This document shows positions 57,347 through 64,000 of a DNA stretch of 64,000 nucleotides, in pieces (within the stretch, counting starts at the first letter, position 1; each line of letters starts with the position of its first letter). The DNA is from Verrucomicrobiales bacterium (lineage in GTDB: Bacteria > Verrucomicrobiota > Verrucomicrobiia > Verrucomicrobiales > V1-33), in assembly GCA_031411295.1 (NCBI GenBank), contig JANOAV010000161.1, positions 15,822-79,821 of the forward strand, read 5' to 3'. The position numbers and the translations under genes were made by a program. The notes beneath the pieces were generated by a model that had not been told where the DNA came from, searched no databases, and was given only the letters and a program-made list of their open reading frames with translations.

Positions 57347-57874
57347 TCAGGAAACGGGAGGGAGAGTCGCTTCCTCCGGTGGGGAAGGTGTGGTTTCCAC
57401 AGAGGCGTCCGCCGCCCGCTCCGCCGACACTTGCGGCAGCGTGCAGCGGTAGAGACTTCCCCCGCGTCCCTGCCGCAATTCCTGCACCACCACCGTTCCT
57501 TGGCGCATCAGCCGATTCATCAGCGTTTTCAAAGAAGTGTCCCTCGGGTTCGATCCCCGCTTCCGCAGCGCCCGACGCAGATCGTCGATCACAAATGTCT
57601 CCCCCGGCAAAGCCAGCAGACACTCCACCGCCAGCTCTGCAAACGGCTTGACTGCCACCGGAACCACCGCCGGAACTGCCAATGCGGCAGGCCCTCCCAC
57701 CACGGTTGCCGCCGCCCCGCCCGCAGGCGCCACCTTCTCCCATACCGCCTGATGCTCCTCCAGCAGCACCCTCATCCGCCGCACCACCTCCACATCCGCC
57801 AACAGCTTCGCCTCCAACCGCGCCAGGCCATCAAGAGAAAAATCAGAAAATTGCATCGCTAAATAGTGCGCCAT
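57347..57874 (-). CDS. Hypothetical protein: N-terminal coiled coil, Ala/Pro linker, winged-HTH-like C-terminus
   Basis: LARLEAKLLADVEVVRRMRVLLEE and FVIDDLRRAL...SLKTLMNRLMRQGTV.V...GRGGSLYR. Confidence 0.65.
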   Translation of the reverse strand: MAHYLAMQFSDFSLDGLARLEAKLLADVEVVRRMRVLLEEHQAVWEKVAPAGGAAATVVGGPAALAVPAVVPVAVKPFAELAVECLLALPGETFVIDDLRRALRKRGSNPRDTSLKTLMNRLMRQGTVVVQELRQGRGGSLYRCTLPQVSAERAADASVETTPSPPEEATLPPVS

Positions 57875-57977
57875 TTTCCATTTTCGTCAAATGATCCCCC
57901 ATTTTTTCACGTGCGCAGTCATAGCAAACCCACTTTCGTCATGCGTTCGTCCTGCTTACATCGATTTCAACGTAGCC

Positions 57978-59129
57978 TCACTGGTGACTACGATGCTCAC
58001 TTCTCATGCGCTCCAAATCAACAATGACTGCGGAGTAGCCTGCGGTCCCAATTAGTCGACTCTTAATCAACGCAAACAGCGCAGATTTGCGGGCGAGTTC
58101 TGTAACAAAGTGGCGAATGCGCTTATCAAATTGAATGCGATCAACATAGAGACCGAATGAAACAATTGATATATCATTCACATTCCCCGCTTCGGCTTTC
58201 GGAAGCTGCCTGATAGCGCAATTCATATCGTGCTTGACGATCCATGACGGAAGCATTTCCTTCCGAATTTGGTGCTTCAAGGACCCTTGTGGGAGGCTTT
58301 TGCGCCGCTCGTAAACGGCTAACTGCTTTACGAACACAGCCTCATCTCCGGCATCTCCCACGGTGGGGTTTTGCGGAAGTCTTCCGCGGTCGATATCATT
58401 GTATTTGAGCAACCAATCACCGTTCCCCCCGTTACTGTAAGCTTCTTTTGCATCATCGTGAGACTCTCGCATTAACTCGTAAGCAACCGCCTCTGGATTT
58501 GCCAATGGCTTTTTGACGTCGTTCCGAAGGTGCAGTGCTAATATTTCTGCCATTTCCGCAAAATGTTGTCTAGCTTGTTCCTCTGAAGGAATTTTGCAGC
58601 CCTCAAAAGAGTCAGGGATCTTTTCATTTAGATCAGTTGTGGGGAAATGCGTCACCGCTGCAATTTCGGCATGATTTTTTTGCACGTCTAAACTGAAATG
58701 TTCCCGATAAAAGTGCCACCACTCTTCGTTATCACGGCAAAAATCCTTCCCGCTTCCAAAGCCGTTCGTTATCCCTGGGCGGGCTTTTGAGATAACTGCT
58801 GGAAGATCTAGCCCTCCTTCCTCCAGCAGGATAGCCATCTCGGCTTCTTGCACCTCAAGAATACTACCCAGATAACTTTCCGGTGCAGCATTTCGCGGAA
58901 ATGCCACAAATGGAAGCTTCTTGAGTAGCTTGATCCGCTTGGCAACGGTCTCTTCATTTGCGTGGTGCAACAATTCAGCCAAGTGGTGCCAAGTTAGGAA
59001 GGGAACAATGTCCCCATCCTGCAAAAGTTCTATGACTCTTCGAGCGGCTGAATTAGTGGTGACGTCCCGCGCGAGATTGCCCCACATGAAAGTATCGAAA
59101 CATACAAGCCTTGGAGCAGAAAAGAGCAC
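57978..59129 (-). CDS. Hypothetical protein, possible split PIN-like domain
   Basis: LVCFDTFMW, LTWHHLAEL, and C-terminal GNVNDISIVSFGLYVDRIQFDKR. More AT-rich than its neighbours. Confidence 0.65.
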   Translation of the reverse strand: MLFSAPRLVCFDTFMWGNLARDVTTNSAARRVIELLQDGDIVPFLTWHHLAELLHHANEETVAKRIKLLKKLPFVAFPRNAAPESYLGSILEVQEAEMAILLEEGGLDLPAVISKARPGITNGFGSGKDFCRDNEEWWHFYREHFSLDVQKNHAEIAAVTHFPTTDLNEKIPDSFEGCKIPSEEQARQHFAEMAEILALHLRNDVKKPLANPEAVAYELMRESHDDAKEAYSNGGNGDWLLKYNDIDRGRLPQNPTVGDAGDEAVFVKQLAVYERRKSLPQGSLKHQIRKEMLPSWIVKHDMNCAIRQLPKAEAGNVNDISIVSFGLYVDRIQFDKRIRHFVTELARKSALFALIKSRLIGTAGYSAVIVDLERMRSEHRSHQ

Positions 59130-59159
59130 GGCAATAGGTGACAGATTAAATGCCCTGCT

Positions 59160-59360
59160 TCACTTTTTTGGGAGTTCCGCCAGCACGTGGCTCAAAGGCC
59201 GATAGTGAAGAGGCTTTTGGCGGGCCTTTTTCAAATAAGCGACGTCTTCGGCATCCTCCAACCGATCCAGCAAGGCTTCGTAGGCTTTAATAGGAATAAT
59301 CACGGAAACAGTTTTTCCTTTTCTGGTGACAATTTCTGGATCTGGAAGGGCTGATTTCAT
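59160..59360 (-). CDS. Phd/YefM-like antitoxin
   Basis: PEIVTRKGKTVSVIIPIKAYEALLDRLEDAED. Confidence 0.8.
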   Translation of the reverse strand: MKSALPDPEIVTRKGKTVSVIIPIKAYEALLDRLEDAEDVAYLKKARQKPLHYRPLSHVLAELPKK

Positions 59361-59447
59361 GAGAGAAGCATACTGCATTACACCGCCCTGTAAACCTCCG
59401 CTCCGCTCTCCGCAAATCCTTTGCGCTTCTTTTGCCGCGAGGGCAGG

Positions 59448-60638
59448 CTACCGGGTCTCCAAGGCGCTCCATTCGTCGAGCTTCTGCTTTAGCAGTTCTT
59501 TCGTGGGTAAATACAGCGAATACTCTTTCGCATGGATGTTGGCGTCTTTGGGCAGGGTGAGTTCGACGACGGTCTTTTTGGCGGATTTGCAGAGGAGGAG
59601 GCCGATGGTGGGGTTTTCCTCAGGGAGCTTCACCTCGCGGTCGTAGTAGTTCACATACATTTGCATCTGGCCGAGGTCCTGATGCGTGGCTTTGTCGAGC
59701 TTGAGGTCGATGATGACGTAGCAGCGGAGGAGGCGGTTGTAGAAGACGAGGTCGCAGAAGTAGTGGTCCTCATCGAAGGTGAAGCGCTTCTGGCGGGCCT
59801 CGAAGAGGAAGCCTTTGCCGAGTTCGAGGAGGAAGTGCTCCAGGCGATTGATGATGGCCTGTTCGAGGTCGCTCTCGGAATAGCTGGCCTGCGCATCGAG
59901 GCCGAGGAACTCGAGCACGAGCGGTTCCTTCAGCAAATCCTCCGGCCTGACGATGACCTGGCCTTCCTTGGCAAGCCGCCGGATGCCTTCCTTGTCCCGG
60001 CTGAGGGCGAGGCGCTCGTAGAGGCAGGAGGCTTTCTGGCGCTTGAGTTCGCGAACATCCCAATCAGCCTGACGGGATTCAATTTCATAGAAGCTTCGTT
60101 CGTCCGGGTCCTTGATGGTCATGAGCACGACGTAGTGCGACCAACTGAGGGTGAAGGGAGATTTTCCAGACAGTGTCTGGCGGATTGAGGTTGGCACCAA
60201 TTTCCCAGACACTGTCTGGGAAATGTCGGAACCGACTGATTTTTCAGTCAGCGACTGAAAAATTGGGGCATCGAGCAATATCCCAGACGCTGTCTGGGAT
60301 ATTTGAGGCACTCGCTTTTGCCAATCGAGGAAGAACTTCCGCATGTATTCGAGATTCGACCGCGAGAAGCCTCTCCCAAACTCCTCCGTGAGCCGAGCAG
60401 ACAGCTCCTTCAGCAACTCCGCGCCATACGCCGCGCGCTTTGCGCCTTTTTGCTCGTGCTCGACAATGCGGCGGCCGATTTCGAAGTTGGTCATCACTTG
60501 GAAGGTGTCCACGATGGTGGACACGCCGCGTCGGGCGCTCTGGATGAGCTGACGGACTTCGGTGACGAGGGTGGTGAGGCCGTCCGGCTTCGTTTTGACC
60601 GGGGGGATCGCTTTTTTGGAGACGGACGGCTTTTTCAT
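59448..60638 (-). CDS. yhcG: YhcG / DUF1016 PD-(D/E)xK nuclease family protein
   Basis: FEIGRRIVEHEQ.G..RA.YG, GRGFSRSNL, LSWSHY, FLLELGKGF, DLVFYNRLL, DLGQMQMYVNYY, PTIGLLLC. Confidence 0.93.
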   Translation of the reverse strand: MKKPSVSKKAIPPVKTKPDGLTTLVTEVRQLIQSARRGVSTIVDTFQVMTNFEIGRRIVEHEQKGAKRAAYGAELLKELSARLTEEFGRGFSRSNLEYMRKFFLDWQKRVPQISQTASGILLDAPIFQSLTEKSVGSDISQTVSGKLVPTSIRQTLSGKSPFTLSWSHYVVLMTIKDPDERSFYEIESRQADWDVRELKRQKASCLYERLALSRDKEGIRRLAKEGQVIVRPEDLLKEPLVLEFLGLDAQASYSESDLEQAIINRLEHFLLELGKGFLFEARQKRFTFDEDHYFCDLVFYNRLLRCYVIIDLKLDKATHQDLGQMQMYVNYYDREVKLPEENPTIGLLLCKSAKKTVVELTLPKDANIHAKEYSLYLPTKELLKQKLDEWSALETR

Positions 60639-60641
60639 GGA

Positions 60642-62612
<1,971 letters not shown>

Positions 62613-62652
62613 TTAAAGTTCGAATTCGAGGAGGGCATACCGAGCGTGAAGC

Positions 62653-62742
62653 AAAGTAGTTATGGACTTTAGTCCGTAACCAGTCATGCCAGGCGTTGTG
62701 TGCGAGACATGAATGGTGCGGGCTAAAGCCCAGCACTACTTT
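62653..62742. repeat. GTAG-type REP doublet in thiC leader
   Basis: AAAGTAGTTATGGACTTTAGTCCG and its inverted partner CGGGCTAAAGCCCAGCACTACTTT (20/24 match). Confidence 0.7.
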
Positions 62743-62784
62743 TGGTGGGCTGGGCACAGGGCAGGAAAGGATGGATCGCTAGAC

Positions 62785-62865
62785 TGAGGCTCCCTGCGTC
62801 GGCATTACCCGATTCAGGTTCCAAGGGTTTGGTTCTCAGCCGAATGACGGGCTCCCCTGCTCTGT
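62785..62865 (-). promoter_or_regulatory. TPP riboswitch upstream of thiC
   Basis: Minus strand AGGGGAGCC...GGCTGAGA...ACCCTTGGAACCTGAATCGGGTAATGCCGACGCAGGGA. Confidence 0.95.
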
Positions 62866-62932
62866 GGGGAAATGGTAGGGGCTGCGCGGCGTTTGGAAAG
62901 GGGAAAGTTTTGGGGTTGGGAGACCACAGGCT

Positions 62933-63505
62933 TCACCCTTCACCGAGCACCACATTCTCGTAAAGTTGTGCCACTGGCAACACCAAGCCGATCGACTCTA
63001 AATTGACGATGGCATCCAGCGTGGTGAGGACTTCCTGGCGCCAGGCTTGGGAGCGACGGTAGATGGTGACGGTGTGGCGTTTCTGTTCGACGAGGACATA
63101 TTCTTCCAAGGTTGGGATGGTGAGGTAGCGCTCCAGTTTTTCATTCCGATCCACCCGCTCGGTGCTTTGGGAAATGACTTCGATGATCACTTTAGGCCAC
63201 CGCATGAAGAGCGGATCGGTGTCGCGCTTGTCACAGGGAACCATGAGGTCTGGATAGTAAAAAATGTCGAGGCCATCGACGAGGAGTCGGGCTTTCATGT
63301 CCGCCATGAAGACGCGGCAGGGTTTGCCGCGGAGATGGGCGTGGAGGGCAGCGGCCAAGTTGAGGCTGATCGTATTATGATTCGCAGTGCCGCCAGCCAT
63401 GGCATAGACCTCGCCATCAATGTATTCGTGGCGCACGCCGCTCAGCGGTTCTCCAGTTAGGTAATCCTCCGCCGAGATGGCCGGTTGTAAATTTGGAACT
63501 CGCAT
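62933..63505 (-). CDS. Uma2 family endonuclease-like protein
   Basis: RHEYIDGEVYAMAGG, YYPDLMV, IIEVISQST, EYVLVEQ. Close paralogue of 26200-26787. Confidence 0.93.
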   Translation of the reverse strand: MRVPNLQPAISAEDYLTGEPLSGVRHEYIDGEVYAMAGGTANHNTISLNLAAALHAHLRGKPCRVFMADMKARLLVDGLDIFYYPDLMVPCDKRDTDPLFMRWPKVIIEVISQSTERVDRNEKLERYLTIPTLEEYVLVEQKRHTVTIYRRSQAWRQEVLTTLDAIVNLESIGLVLPVAQLYENVVLGEG

Positions 63506-63808
63506 GGGTAGCACCTAAGCTAAGTAGGCTGAGTTGGCAAGGAGGAGGTAGCGTCGTCCGACTCCAAGGACTCCAAGTGGATTACGCTTACTGCAAAAGG
63601 GCTAGTTTCGCAGGGTGCCATCCTGCGGGCTGAAACCTAATGCCTTGAGGTATTAGGAGGGTTTTTCGACCGCGTTAGCGGCCAGGGACCTTAGCCGTGG
63701 GCTAAAGCCGAATGGAGCTTACTTAAGGCCAAAAACCTTGTGGAATCAGCTTTACCGAGGTTTGACTAGCAACACAAACCGACTTGGCCCCGCCACAAAG
63801 CTGCTCGC

Positions 63809-63999
63809 AAAGTAGCCGTCATCGCTCCGCGTGACGGCAGGCGTTAACGTGCGCATGCGAGTTCGGAGCCAGTCTGCCTAGCGCAGGACGGCGTTGGCAT
63901 CAACGGCGCATGGCAGGGACGCTGGCGTATGGTGATTCGTAGCGGTGGCAGGATGGGAAAATCGCGCTGGTCATCACGCGGAGCGATGATGACTACTTT
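63809..63999. repeat. GTAG-type REP doublet (REPIN)
   Basis: AAAGTAGCCGTCATCGCTCCGCGTGA (63809-63834) is inverted at 63974-63999 (24/26 match). Confidence 0.8.
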
Positions 64000-64000
64000 A

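Overview
Bacterial chromosomal window, probably from a Verrucomicrobiota (Verrucomicrobiaceae-like) genome. This is inferred from the DUF1501/PPC, DUF1552/DUF1592, DUF1080, CotH-LTD-PA14 and Uma2 gene content. The window appears to lie at the replication origin: mnmG carries or abuts three parS palindromes (28.4-30.0 kb), and a non-coding tract at ~33.7-34.1 kb holds many variant DnaA-box-like 9-mers plus a trinucleotide run (candidate oriC). Housekeeping genes include purQ-purM, mnmG, cdd, xerD, tRNA-Thr-tuf, lpdA, cimA, nspC, dnaN and thiC with a TPP riboswitch. Accessory elements include: the C-terminus of a large, possibly Dsr1-like defence protein; a four-gene heme/RoxA-like/patatin/outer-membrane cluster; an integrase-less integron-like cassette (attI-like site, gene, attC); a RAYT transposase flanked by REPINs, plus several other REP families; three Uma2 genes; several orphan antitoxins; and a nucleotidyltransferase with an overlapping small ORF. 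Three separate degenerate arrays with a 21-bp (or 2x21-bp) period each lie just downstream of an uncharacterised gene. All family assignments come from motif recognition by eye, not from database searches.
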